Virus record (IMG/VR): IMGVR_UViG_3300032462_001943
Length of the DNA: 20,000 nt
Strand: one strand, 5' to 3'
From: an uncultured virus (IMG/VR IMGVR_UViG_3300032462_001943)
Lineage: Duplodnaviria; Heunggongvirae; Uroviricota; Caudoviricetes
The position numbers and the translations under genes are program-made. Positions 1 to 8,596 of the stretch are shown piece by piece. The notes under the pieces were generated by a model, which was not told the origin of the DNA, did not search any database, and saw nothing but the letters and a program-made list of their open reading frames with translations. How positions within the stretch are numbered: position 1 is the first letter of the stretch; every line of letters starts with the position of its first letter.

Positions 1-1188
1 GTCTATCTCGACCGGCTTTTTCGTTCTCTTCAAGAACAGACATATTCAAATTGGGAATGGATAATTGTTCCCAACAATGGGGCAGAGGTAGAGCCAATTG
101 ATGATGAACGTGTCAAAATATTTCCTTGCAATGATTCTGACAATATCGGATTTCTGAAGCGATATGCCGCTGGTAAAGCCACAGGCGAAGTCGTCGTGGA
201 AGTCGATCACGACGACGAGCTTTTCCCAACTGCTATCGAAGAGTGTGCCAAAGCCTTCGAGGACACAACTGTTGATTTTGCTTATTCAAATTGTTGCGAC
301 GTTCGAGAGAATTATGTTCCTCGGTGTTTCGGCCCAGATTGGGGTTGGATTAACCGAGTTTGCAAGTTCAAAGAACACGATTTGATCGAAACAGTATCAT
401 TTCCTCCCAATCCGGCTTCGATCAGCAAAATATGGTATTCTCCCAATCATTTTCGAGCATGGCGTAAAGAATTTTACGACCGCATTGGTGGACATGACGC
501 CTCGCTGGACGTGCTTGACGATCAGGATATTTTATGCCGCACATATATTCAGGGAAACATGAAGCACATCGACAAGCCTCTTTATGTTTATCATCTACAC
601 CAGGAAAACACTTGTTACGGAGAAAAGAACGCCAAGATTCAAGAAGGCACTTTGATTCTTCACGACAAGTACATCTACCAACTCGTTGAGCGATGGAGCG
701 ATTTGAATGGTTTGCGCAAAATCGACTTATGTGGTGGTCATAGCAAGCCCGAAGGTTATGAAAGCACTGATCTTGAACGTGGCGATATTCTGGCTGACCT
801 GGATGGTCGCTGGCCATTTGAAGATGGTTCTGTTGGCGTGTTTCGTGCGCATGACGCCATTGAGCATCTGAAGAACCCCATCAACACAATGAAGGAAGCA
901 TATCGCTGTCTGGCACCAGATGGTTGGTTCTTAACTCAAACGCCATCTACCGATGGTCGTGGAGCTTTTCAAGACCCGACGCATGTTAGTTTCTGGAATA
1001 GCAACAGTTTTTGGTATTACACTCGTGCAGAGCAGGCGAAGTACATCAATACGCCGGTTCGTTTTCAAATGAATCGCATCAAAAACTTTTTTCCAAGTGA
1101 TTGGCATCAACTTCACAACATCATTTATGTTAAAGCTGATTTGATGAAACTCACCGACACACGGGTTCCAGGTGCGGTAGAAATCTGA
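1..1188 (+). CDS. Glycosyltransferase family 2 fused to a C-terminal class I SAM-methyltransferase-like domain (5'-truncated by the window edge)
   Basis: Frame 1 is open from base 1 (VYLDRLFRSLQEQTYSNWEWIIV...KATGEVVVEVDHDD), a GT-A N-terminus with a DxDD motif. The C-terminal half has IDLCGG, DLDGRWPFEDGSV, HDAIEHL, EAYRCLAPDGW and DPTHVSFW, typical of Methyltransf_11-like domains. Confidence 0.85.
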   Translation, partial: VYLDRLFRSLQEQTYSNWEWIIVPNNGAEVEPIDDERVKIFPCNDSDNIGFLKRYAAGKATGEVVVEVDHDDELFPTAIEECAKAFEDTTVDFAYSNCCDVRENYVPRCFGPDWGWINRVCKFKEHDLIETVSFPPNPASISKIWYSPNHFRAWRKEFYDRIGGHDASLDVLDDQDILCRTYIQGNMKHIDKPLYVYHLHQENTCYGEKNAKIQEGTLILHDKYIYQLVERWSDLNGLRKIDLCGGHSKPEGYESTDLERGDILADLDGRWPFEDGSVGVFRAHDAIEHLKNPINTMKEAYRCLAPDGWFLTQTPSTDGRGAFQDPTHVSFWNSNSFWYYTRAEQAKYINTPVRFQMNRIKNFFPSDWHQLHNIIYVKADLMKLTDTRVPGAVEI

Positions 1189-1282
1189 TTGTAAAGCAAA
1201 ACAAATGCTTATTGCACGTCTTGGCCTTTATCTAATCTTTGACTTGGCCTATAATCCTTGAACCTCAGACAAGGAGTTATGA

Positions 1283-2359
1283 ATGTCACAAACCGACAGC
1301 CAAGAGTTGAACGAAATTTTGAAGAATGCTCCCGAACCTACGTCTTACGATTCAGACGACGACGGGAGCTTTGTCATTTGCGGAGAGTCAGCCACGCCAG
1401 CCCCGCCATCATTTGATCGTGGCATGGGTGGATATTGCCAATGGTCCACATCGGACGGCAAGCGATATATCCCTTCCAGCAAGACAGCCAAGAAGCTCAC
1501 ACCGGGCGTTTACGATATTCTCCACAGCAACACAATCGGTCTTTATTTTGAGCAGATTCCTGTGCTTACGACCGGATTGATTCGGTTTCCAGAAACCAAT
1601 TCTGACAAGGTTGTATCTGAAATTCAGAAGTTCTGGAAAAAAGAAAATATCTTCCGCAGTTACAATCTGACCTATAAGCGTGGAATCATTCTTTGGGGTC
1701 CACCAGGATCGGGCAAATCTTGTACGATTCAGTTGATTATGCGTGACGTTGTGGAGCGTGGCGGCGTCGTCATCAAGTTTACTCATCCAACTTTATTTCT
1801 CGAAGGCATTCGCAAGTTTCGAGAAATCCAACCAGACACACCAGTTGTCGTGTTGATGGAGGATATTGATAGCATCTTGGAGATGTACTCTGAGAGCGAA
1901 GTCCTCAATATTCTTGATGGTGTCAATCAAATCGAGAAGGTTGTCTTTTTGGCGACCACCAACTATCCAGAGAAGTTGGGCGCTCGCATTGTCAATCGAC
2001 CTTCGAGATTCGACAAGCGATTCAAGATCGGCCATCCCAATGCCGAGAGTCGTCGTATTTATTTCGAGTACATTATTGGTAAAGACAAGGTGAAGTCCCT
2101 CAAGATCAACTTGAATAAATGGGTTGAAGATACTGCTGAGTTCAGCATCGCTCACTTGAAGGAATTGTTTACTGCCGTCGTTATTCTCGGCGATGAATAT
2201 GATGACGCAATTGAATCTCTATCTTTGATGAAAGAGGGCAAGCCAGATTCATCTAAGGACGAAGCCCGAAAAGCAATGGGCTTTGGCACCAACAAGAAGT
2301 CTCGACGACATCTACCATCAGATTATAAATTCATGAAAGAATTAGAGGAGATGGAATGA
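1283..2359 (+). CDS. AAA+ ATPase (single AAA module, BCS1/FtsH-ATPase-like, no protease domain)
   Basis: Walker A GPPGSGKS, Walker B VVLMEDID, SRH ATTNYPEKL...NRPSRFD; AAGGAG SD at about 1271-1276. Confidence 0.9.
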   Translation: MSQTDSQELNEILKNAPEPTSYDSDDDGSFVICGESATPAPPSFDRGMGGYCQWSTSDGKRYIPSSKTAKKLTPGVYDILHSNTIGLYFEQIPVLTTGLIRFPETNSDKVVSEIQKFWKKENIFRSYNLTYKRGIILWGPPGSGKSCTIQLIMRDVVERGGVVIKFTHPTLFLEGIRKFREIQPDTPVVVLMEDIDSILEMYSESEVLNILDGVNQIEKVVFLATTNYPEKLGARIVNRPSRFDKRFKIGHPNAESRRIYFEYIIGKDKVKSLKINLNKWVEDTAEFSIAHLKELFTAVVILGDEYDDAIESLSLMKEGKPDSSKDEARKAMGFGTNKKSRRHLPSDYKFMKELEEME

Positions 2360-2898
2360 GTGAGCCAATTCTGATCTCGACTGAATATATTCTGGTCATT
2401 GATACAGATGGATTCTCCGATGCCTTTGCCAAGAAGCTCTGTGCGTATTGCACGGGTTTTGTGGACGAAACCGAGAGCGACTTGGAATTCTCTGATCTAT
2501 ATTTTCTGGAAGAAGGCATTGAAGACGACGAGTCCCCAAGAGGGAAGGTTGCTGATGAAAAGAATCCATTTTATGGCTTTGTTGGTCAGCGGCTTGATGA
2601 AGATCAAATTTATTCGCCATGTTGCGTATGGTTGAATAAAGCGTATGGCTATAACGCCAATGGCGAATACGCTCTCCTGACAGAAAAGAACTTCGATGAG
2701 TACAATTTTCCTGCTCCTTTGAGTGTTGGTATTTTTTTTGATGCCGCTCCTGAATCGGAACATATATTGAAGATCAAGGAACGGTCTGTGAAATTCTTCG
2801 AGACTGTCTGGCCAAAGATCAAAGACGGCATTAAGGTCGGTGTCAAAGATTTCCGTTTGGTGATTCACACCAAATATGGAGAAGAAAAGGAAATTTAG
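2356..2898 (+). CDS. Hypothetical acidic protein
   Basis: 180-aa ORF, ATGA overlap with the upstream stop, GAGGAG SD upstream; no recognised motif. Confidence 0.75.
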   Translation: MSEPILISTEYILVIDTDGFSDAFAKKLCAYCTGFVDETESDLEFSDLYFLEEGIEDDESPRGKVADEKNPFYGFVGQRLDEDQIYSPCCVWLNKAYGYNANGEYALLTEKNFDEYNFPAPLSVGIFFDAAPESEHILKIKERSVKFFETVWPKIKDGIKVGVKDFRLVIHTKYGEEKEI

Positions 2899-2970
2899 CT
2901 TCCACTAATACGGTTAAGAAATGTGCCTTCCATTGGCACGCACATACCTCACAGCGGGTAGGAAGTTGTT

Positions 2971-5900
2971 ATGTCACAAGAATTATTGTTCGATGCTTGT
3001 CAGAAAAGTCTTCAATTGCGGGGACTAGATTCTGATCCAAAATACAAGAAGCGGTTGAAGTGGGAAATAGAAGAAATTGCTGCTCGTAGCAAATCCAGTT
3101 ATTTCTGGAGCCTATACAACAACCGAACTCGTTATCCTCAAAATCAAAATAACCTGTTGATCTGTTGGCTTTTGGGGATCGCTCCCGATCACAACATTGA
3201 CCAAGAGCCAAAATGCGAATACGGTGAATATCCCGACATTGACGTGGATTATTTGCCTATTGTGCGTGACTATCTGAAAACAGTGTGGGCCAAAGATACT
3301 TTTGGTTCTGAGTATGTCTGCAATATCGGCAATTACACTACGTTCGGCATCAAGTCCGCTTTGATTGACATGGCTCGTGTCCACGGGGAAAGCCGAGAAG
3401 AGGTTCAGGCTCTTACCAAGAATCTCGACGCCAAGGACGATGAAGGCAAAGTTATGACATGGGACGCAGCGATGAAGCTGTATCCTGAGTTAAAGAAGTA
3501 TTGTGAATTGGACGACAATCACAAGCGTATTGCCGACGCAGCCAAACGATTGCTTCACCGCAATAGAGGCATGGGCGTTCACGCTGGCGGTTTGATTATT
3601 GCCAATGCTCCTTTGTCCGATCTGGTGCCTTTGGTCAAGAGAAAAGACAGTCCTCAAGCGTCTGCTTGGGTAGAAGGTCTTCACGGTCAGGACTTAGGCC
3701 CTATGGGTCTGGTCAAGTTTGACTTGTTGGTTATTGCTAATCTGCTTCAGATTGCTCGTTGTTGCGAGATGGTCAAGAAGCGTCATGGTCTGAATGGCAT
3801 TTGCAATAAGCCGGGCGAACCAGACTGGACTGATGTTGCTGCTTGGCGTGACGACCCTACGTCGTTGGCTATGGCGAATATCGGTGACTTGAAGTGTATT
3901 TTCCAGTTCGATTCAGAAGGTATGCGTGGACTCGTTCGTGCGGGTGGCGTGGATCGCTTTGAAGACTTGGTGGCATATACGGCATTGTTCCGTCCAGGTC
4001 CGCTCGGCATGAAGATGCAGGAGCGATACGTTGAGCGTAAGCGTGGTCGTGAAAAATACACGTTACATCCGTTGGTACATCCTATTCTTGATAAGACTTA
4101 TGGAGTTTTGACTTATCAAGAACAAATCATGCGTATTCTCAACGTGGTTGGCGAGATTCCGTTAAAGGATTGCGAGTTGGTTCGCAAGGCTATCAGCAAG
4201 AAAAAGGTTGAAGGCTTCATCAAATACAAAGAGATGTTCGTTCTCAACGGTCAGAAGAACCTGGGCTGTAATGAGACGGAAATCAATCACTTGTGGAATC
4301 AGATTGAAGCGTTTGCCGAATATGGTTTCAATCTAAGTATGACCATTGGAACATTAGTACCTGTAAGGGTTTGCGGCGAAACTAAGACCAAGCGGATCGA
4401 GGAATTCGTTCCTGGCGACGTAGTATTGTGCGTCAATCAGGCTGGCGACACGGTGGAGACGCAAGTGGTTGCCTTGCACGATCATGGCGTGTTGCCCGGA
4501 TACGAGGTCGCATTCGACGACGGATACAAAGTGACGTGTACTCTCGACCATAAATTTTTGACTCAAAAAGGTCAGAAATCTCTTCGGGAAATTATCAGAA
4601 CTAACTCTTCTATTTTGTGTGACCCAAAACACAAAATGGAGAGTGAAAATGCCGAAGAAAAATACGGATGGTTGGAAGGCTCGATGCGGGATGAGCTTGC
4701 CGTCACGGGCTGCGATGTGGACACACACGAAGGAGTGTGCGACTTGTCAAGAGAAGTCGTTTACGACGGGGGAATGGGAGGAATGGCTGCTGGACACGCT
4801 GAAATCCGTGACACCGGGCGTCTGGTGTGTCGGCGGATTGTACGGGTCATGCCCGTGGGTGAGCGACAGATGTACGATCTTGAAGTCGCCAATTCCACTC
4901 ACAACTTCCTCTTGCCCAATGGCGTTGTGACGAGTAACAGCCACGCTGTTGCTTACACCTATATTTCGGCGTGGCTGTTGTATCTGAAGGCTCATTTTCC
5001 ACATGAGTTTTATGTTTCGATGCTGAGTTGCGAAACTCTCAGTGAGAAGATCAAAGAATACAAGATGGAAGCCAAGATTCACGGTGTCGATATGAACCGC
5101 CTGGACATCAACAAGTCGGATGTAAACTTTGACCTTCAAGGCGATATTGTTTATTTCGGACTCAGCAACATCAAAGGTTTAGGTGAGGCTCCAGCCAAGC
5201 GGATTGTTGCTTCTCAACCATACAAGTCTTTTGAGGATTTTGTGACTCGGTTCGGCACAGACGCCAGTGTGTTGAAGCCCATCTTGGGGCTGAGATGTTT
5301 CCGTGATCGTGACCCTGTGTCTTTGTGGAAGTTCGCTGAACATTTCAAGGACTGCGCCAGTAAGATCGAAGAGAAGAAGAAACGTTATCATGTGGCAATG
5401 ATTAAGTACGATGCAGAGTTCAAGAAACTCTTGCCGTTGGAGATTCGCACGCTGTCTCAATTGGAAAATGGATTGGAAAATGGATTGGAAAACGTATTCG
5501 ACAGTGAAGGATGGAAACTTCAGTGCTACAAGGACGAACAGATTGAAGTCGATAAGGAAATTCAATGCAAAAAGGACTCTCCAGGTGCTACTGAGCGAAT
5601 AGTGGTCGAGGATATTGAGGTCGAAGGAACCGGATTGTATCTCCAACGTGAAATCATTCAGTATTATCATATCGGCAAAGTCAAAAAGACGTGGAATTTA
5701 TGGAAAGAATTGAGGAAGTTGTGGCAGCGTAGAAAAAAGAGCATCGAGCGATATAAGAATATCGAGCGAAGTAGTTTGCCTACGTTGCTCGATTTTGACG
5801 CCAATGCTTGGGATATTAACGAAGAATTGATGAAAGAATTCCGTGATTCTGTTGCTTGTGAAGAAAAGTATTACGGATTTGCTTGGATTCACGATCTGGA

Positions 5901-6387
5901 ACGTAGCCCGGATTACAAGGGAAATCTTACTTTTACTGATCTAAAGAACAGCATGGACGCAGTTTGTGGGCCGGTGGAGCTTCGTGTCAAGAAGGTGATT
6001 AAAACAGCAAGTAAAAAACGGAAAGAATTCATTTACTACCAAGTTTTAGCAGAAGATGTGACTGGACAGGAAAACAGGATCAACGTCTGGCCCGATGATT
6101 GGGAGTGGTGGCACAGGGAGTTCGGCTGGGAAGAAGTCGGTGAGAAATCGAAATTCACTGCCGGTAACTTACTTAGAGTACGGCTCCAGCCTCCAACTGG
6201 CGGCTTCAATACTTTTACTCTGGAAAGCAATCAGGTTGGAAAGTGGCGAAGTCAAAAGCGTTATCACGATAAAGCTGACGATCCACGAGTGATGGTTATG
6301 CAGAAGGGTCAGAAAGAAGAGGAAAAATTTCTGAGTGATGACGAGGCGATGGAGCAGTTCACCAACTGCATTATGGGACAACAATGA
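2971..6387 (+). CDS. dnaE: DNA polymerase III alpha subunit (family C), lacking the N-terminal PHP domain, intein-containing
   Basis: PDIDVD, GVHAGG, GLVKFDLL, IFQFDS, ALFRPGP, YGVLTYQEQIM, FAEYGFN/SHAVAY, LKAHFPHEF, FGLSNIKGLG (HhH), and a C-terminal OB-like region. Confidence 0.93.
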   Translation: MSQELLFDACQKSLQLRGLDSDPKYKKRLKWEIEEIAARSKSSYFWSLYNNRTRYPQNQNNLLICWLLGIAPDHNIDQEPKCEYGEYPDIDVDYLPIVRDYLKTVWAKDTFGSEYVCNIGNYTTFGIKSALIDMARVHGESREEVQALTKNLDAKDDEGKVMTWDAAMKLYPELKKYCELDDNHKRIADAAKRLLHRNRGMGVHAGGLIIANAPLSDLVPLVKRKDSPQASAWVEGLHGQDLGPMGLVKFDLLVIANLLQIARCCEMVKKRHGLNGICNKPGEPDWTDVAAWRDDPTSLAMANIGDLKCIFQFDSEGMRGLVRAGGVDRFEDLVAYTALFRPGPLGMKMQERYVERKRGREKYTLHPLVHPILDKTYGVLTYQEQIMRILNVVGEIPLKDCELVRKAISKKKVEGFIKYKEMFVLNGQKNLGCNETEINHLWNQIEAFAEYGFNLSMTIGTLVPVRVCGETKTKRIEEFVPGDVVLCVNQAGDTVETQVVALHDHGVLPGYEVAFDDGYKVTCTLDHKFLTQKGQKSLREIIRTNSSILCDPKHKMESENAEEKYGWLEGSMRDELAVTGCDVDTHEGVCDLSREVVYDGGMGGMAAGHAEIRDTGRLVCRRIVRVMPVGERQMYDLEVANSTHNFLLPNGVVTSNSHAVAYTYISAWLLYLKAHFPHEFYVSMLSCETLSEKIKEYKMEAKIHGVDMNRLDINKSDVNFDLQGDIVYFGLSNIKGLGEAPAKRIVASQPYKSFEDFVTRFGTDASVLKPILGLRCFRDRDPVSLWKFAEHFKDCASKIEEKKKRYHVAMIKYDAEFKKLLPLEIRTLSQLENGLENGLENVFDSEGWKLQCYKDEQIEVDKEIQCKKDSPGATERIVVEDIEVEGTGLYLQREIIQYYHIGKVKKTWNLWKELRKLWQRRKKSIERYKNIERSSLPTLLDFDANAWDINEELMKEFRDSVACEEKYYGFAWIHDLERSPDYKGNLTFTDLKNSMDAVCGPVELRVKKVIKTASKKRKEFIYYQVLAEDVTGQENRINVWPDDWEWWHREFGWEEVGEKSKFTAGNLLRVRLQPPTGGFNTFTLESNQVGKWRSQKRYHDKADDPRVMVMQKGQKEEEKFLSDDEAMEQFTNCIMGQQ
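4336..4938 (+). mobile_element. Mini-intein (201 aa, DnaE residues 456-656) inserted in the GFN(K/L)|SH motif
   Basis: It interrupts YGFNL|SHAVAY. It begins SMTIGTLV (block A with Ser1), has block B VTCTLDHKFLT and block F MYDLEV...HNFLLPNG, and ends VVTSN followed by +1 Ser. No in-frame LAGLIDADG motif. Confidence 0.9.
4649..4930 (+). CDS. Candidate ORF nested in the +1 frame inside the intein (93 aa; Cys/His Zn-binding N-terminus, possible truncated endonuclease)
   Basis: GGAG at 4638-4641, 7 nt before the ATG at 4649. Reads MPKKNTDGWKARCGMSLPSRAAMWTHTKECATCQEKSFTTGEWEEWLLDTLKS. The intein frame over the same bases is odd-looking (GGMGGMAAG). Confidence 0.45.
   Translation: MPKKNTDGWKARCGMSLPSRAAMWTHTKECATCQEKSFTTGEWEEWLLDTLKSVTPGVWCVGGLYGSCPWVSDRCTILKSPIPLTTSSCPMAL
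5461..5493 (+). repeat. In-frame 12-bp tandem repeat (TTGGAAAATGGA x about 2.7) encoding LENG-LENG-LEN within dnaE
   Basis: ttggaaaatgga ttggaaaatgga ttggaaaac read directly. Confidence 0.85.
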
Positions 6388-6893
6388 ACGATACAAACGC
6401 AGAGTTAATTATTGATGAGTCTAATTTCTCGCAATACTTTAGGGATTGTCGAATCTCCAAGCCTGAGCGTGGAGATATTATGGCTCGGTATTCTGCACGA
6501 GCGGAATTCCTTGATGGCCAAATGAAGCGAGATATTATTGACTTGGTACATAACCGGGACAAGGCTTTTGCTGCGACCCAGGTTATGAAGAAATTGGGTT
6601 GCGCCACCCAATTAGATTCAGTCAGAATTTGCAAAGAGATTTGCAGAGACTTGGCTGCTGGAATGACCCTGAAAGAAGTGGAACAGAAAGTCTATACATA
6701 TGACATTGAACTGTTCTACTATACCAAGAAAGAATACATCCCTATTGACGATCCGCATTGGATGCCTATCGGCATAGCTAATCTGGATCAATTCTTGGAT
6801 AAATCAGGCGCTCGGCTTACTATCAAATCGAAAATCATCGATAAAGAAAAGGAGCCGGAAACAGAGGAAATTGATGACGAGCAAATTCGGTGA
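6384..6893 (+). CDS. Hypothetical protein
   Basis: 169-aa ORF, ATGA overlap with the dnaE stop; acidic C-terminal tail. Confidence 0.75.
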   Translation: MNDTNAELIIDESNFSQYFRDCRISKPERGDIMARYSARAEFLDGQMKRDIIDLVHNRDKAFAATQVMKKLGCATQLDSVRICKEICRDLAAGMTLKEVEQKVYTYDIELFYYTKKEYIPIDDPHWMPIGIANLDQFLDKSGARLTIKSKIIDKEKEPETEEIDDEQIR

Positions 6894-7434
6894 TGTTGTA
6901 TATATCGACACGCCATATAGACCCGAAGCTGGCAGCTTTTGCAAGCCCAAGGATATTGTTGGTGATAGATATAAAGTTGGACAGTGGTATTATTGTCGAG
7001 ACTTATTTCACCGCCAACTATACAATCTGAGTTTGTTTTTCTTTTCTCATGATTCAGCCAAGGGGCATTGCGTTGCCGACTTTATGCGTAAAGTCGAAGA
7101 GAAGTTGAATGTCGAGCCACGTTCGACATTTGGACCAACTCAGAGAAAGACAATTATGTGGATAGAACCGTCTCGATGGTGGACGGTTCGAGCAATGAGG
7201 CGATCATTGTTCACTATATTGTTGCGGGCTGGATGTCAATATTCACCCAATAAGGACAATTTTGAAGAGGCACTTTTCAGTGATCCTTATACTATGAGTA
7301 CCAAATATGCTGTGAAAAGATTTTTTGCAGGCAATACAGCATACACTGGAAGAAAGCGTGGTTGGCACAAGCAATTTTGTGAAGGCAAGCCTACCGATCA
7401 AGAAGTGGACTCTTTGTTAGTTGCACCTTATTGA
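6874..7434 (+). CDS. Hypothetical protein (aromatic and basic residue rich)
   Basis: About 186-aa ORF overlapping the previous gene end, GAGGA SD upstream (TTG 6871 or ATG 6874 start). Confidence 0.7.
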   Translation: MTSKFGDVVYIDTPYRPEAGSFCKPKDIVGDRYKVGQWYYCRDLFHRQLYNLSLFFFSHDSAKGHCVADFMRKVEEKLNVEPRSTFGPTQRKTIMWIEPSRWWTVRAMRRSLFTILLRAGCQYSPNKDNFEEALFSDPYTMSTKYAVKRFFAGNTAYTGRKRGWHKQFCEGKPTDQEVDSLLVAPY

Positions 7435-7938
7435 TGGCTTGCGTGCGAACCATACGCCATTTTGATCTTCTTTGAATTCTTTTGCGCCTAATTTTTCGAT
7501 GATTGTTCTTGTTGCTTGTGTGGCCGGGCTATATCCAGCAATGATTCCTCCTGGTTTGATTTTTGGATACCAATTATTTATGTCTTTGATTTCTCCGTTG
7601 TCTATGAACACAGCAAAAAATGCTTGATTTCCTACGTTGTAGGAAGCGATTTCTGATGTCATGGTCATTATGCTGATATATTCGACGACCCCAGCCCTGG
7701 TCGCATTCTCGATGAACTGCTGGATTCCCTTACTAAAAGTATCCACGCAAATGATTTTAACGCATTTGCCGGACATTTTTGCTCTGGACGCCAAATAACA
7801 TGACGATTTTCCCAGCCAAGTTCCGATCTCGATAATCGTATCGTTTTTGCTGGCTTCTCTTATTATTTGGTCGTAGATGCGGGAATGACCAAACCATCCC
7901 TCGATGTCCTGCCAGCCGAATTTGTTGTTTAAGTCCAT
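7417..7938 (-). CDS. Class I SAM-dependent methyltransferase (Methyltransf_24-like), possibly degenerate
   Basis: IEGWF, IIEIGTWLGKS (motif I), ICVDTF, VFIDN, WYPKIKPGGIIAG. The usual D-x-x-H after FID and the acidic HD after GG-h-h-h-G are missing. Confidence 0.8.
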   Translation of the reverse strand: MDLNNKFGWQDIEGWFGHSRIYDQIIREASKNDTIIEIGTWLGKSSCYLASRAKMSGKCVKIICVDTFSKGIQQFIENATRAGVVEYISIMTMTSEIASYNVGNQAFFAVFIDNGEIKDINNWYPKIKPGGIIAGYSPATQATRTIIEKLGAKEFKEDQNGVWFARKPSIRCN

Positions 7939-8014
7939 GTGTTTCTTTCATATTTTGTTGAGTAGCTCTATATAAGAGAGGGGAGATTGCCCTAAATTGG
8001 AGAGGAAACAAAAT

Positions 8015-8596
8015 ATGAGCGACATGATGGACGACATCAACAAATACGCTGCGATATGGGATGCTGCCCAAGAAAAGGGAATTTTCAAGGATGCCCCCAA
8101 GCCACCGCAGCCTCGTAGCCAGGACGAAGAAGATTCGTTCTTTGGTGCGGATTTCTTTGGACAGAACCGATCTGCCGAATACGATATTGACGAGCCAATC
8201 AACGAAGTAGATTCAAAGTATTGGGCCAAAGTATCTCGCATGGCTGATCCTATTGGTAAATACGTTGATCCTTTGAATGAGGAATCTGTTCCTTCCAAAG
8301 AAAACACAAAGAAAGCTGCCGAGAAAATGGCGGGTTCGCACAATCCTCTATATCCAACCAGTGTTGGAAAAGACCAGGATATGAATGTGACCCAAAATTG
8401 GGGAACGGGCGGCAAAGAACATTTTCAGCTTGAAGATTTGAAGGTTCGTCTGGAAAAATTGGAAAGCAAGCTGAATGGCTTTGAAGCCAAAGGCGAATCT
8501 GGAAAAGGCACACAGGACAAAATCGACAGCCTCAAGAAGCAAATTGATGAATTAAGCGATTCTCTCAATGGCGACCGATTTAGTTCAGATGGCTAA
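8015..8596 (+). CDS. Hypothetical acidic protein with C-terminal coiled coil
   Basis: GGAGAGGA SD before the ATG at 8015; heptads LEDLKVRLEKLESKL and IDSLKKQIDELSDSL. Confidence 0.75.
   Translation: MSDMMDDINKYAAIWDAAQEKGIFKDAPKPPQPRSQDEEDSFFGADFFGQNRSAEYDIDEPINEVDSKYWAKVSRMADPIGKYVDPLNEESVPSKENTKKAAEKMAGSHNPLYPTSVGKDQDMNVTQNWGTGGKEHFQLEDLKVRLEKLESKLNGFEAKGESGKGTQDKIDSLKKQIDELSDSLNGDRFSSDG

Noticed and set aside
196..198. GTG at 196 as the start of the first gene
   Set aside because: The frame is open and GT2-like back to base 1, so the gene starts upstream of the window.
1239..1255. TTGACT and TATAAT as a sigma70 promoter pair
   Set aside because: The spacer is only 5 bp, so they cannot act as a -35/-10 pair.
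4336..4938. Split (trans-splicing) DnaE intein as in cyanobacteria
   Set aside because: The N- and C-terminal splicing blocks are in one continuous reading frame.
5179..5670. 163-aa minus-strand ORF within dnaE (and similar antisense ORFs such as 7948-8415 and 9845-10237)
   Set aside because: Typical reverse-frame shadows of real genes, with no SD or recognisable domain.
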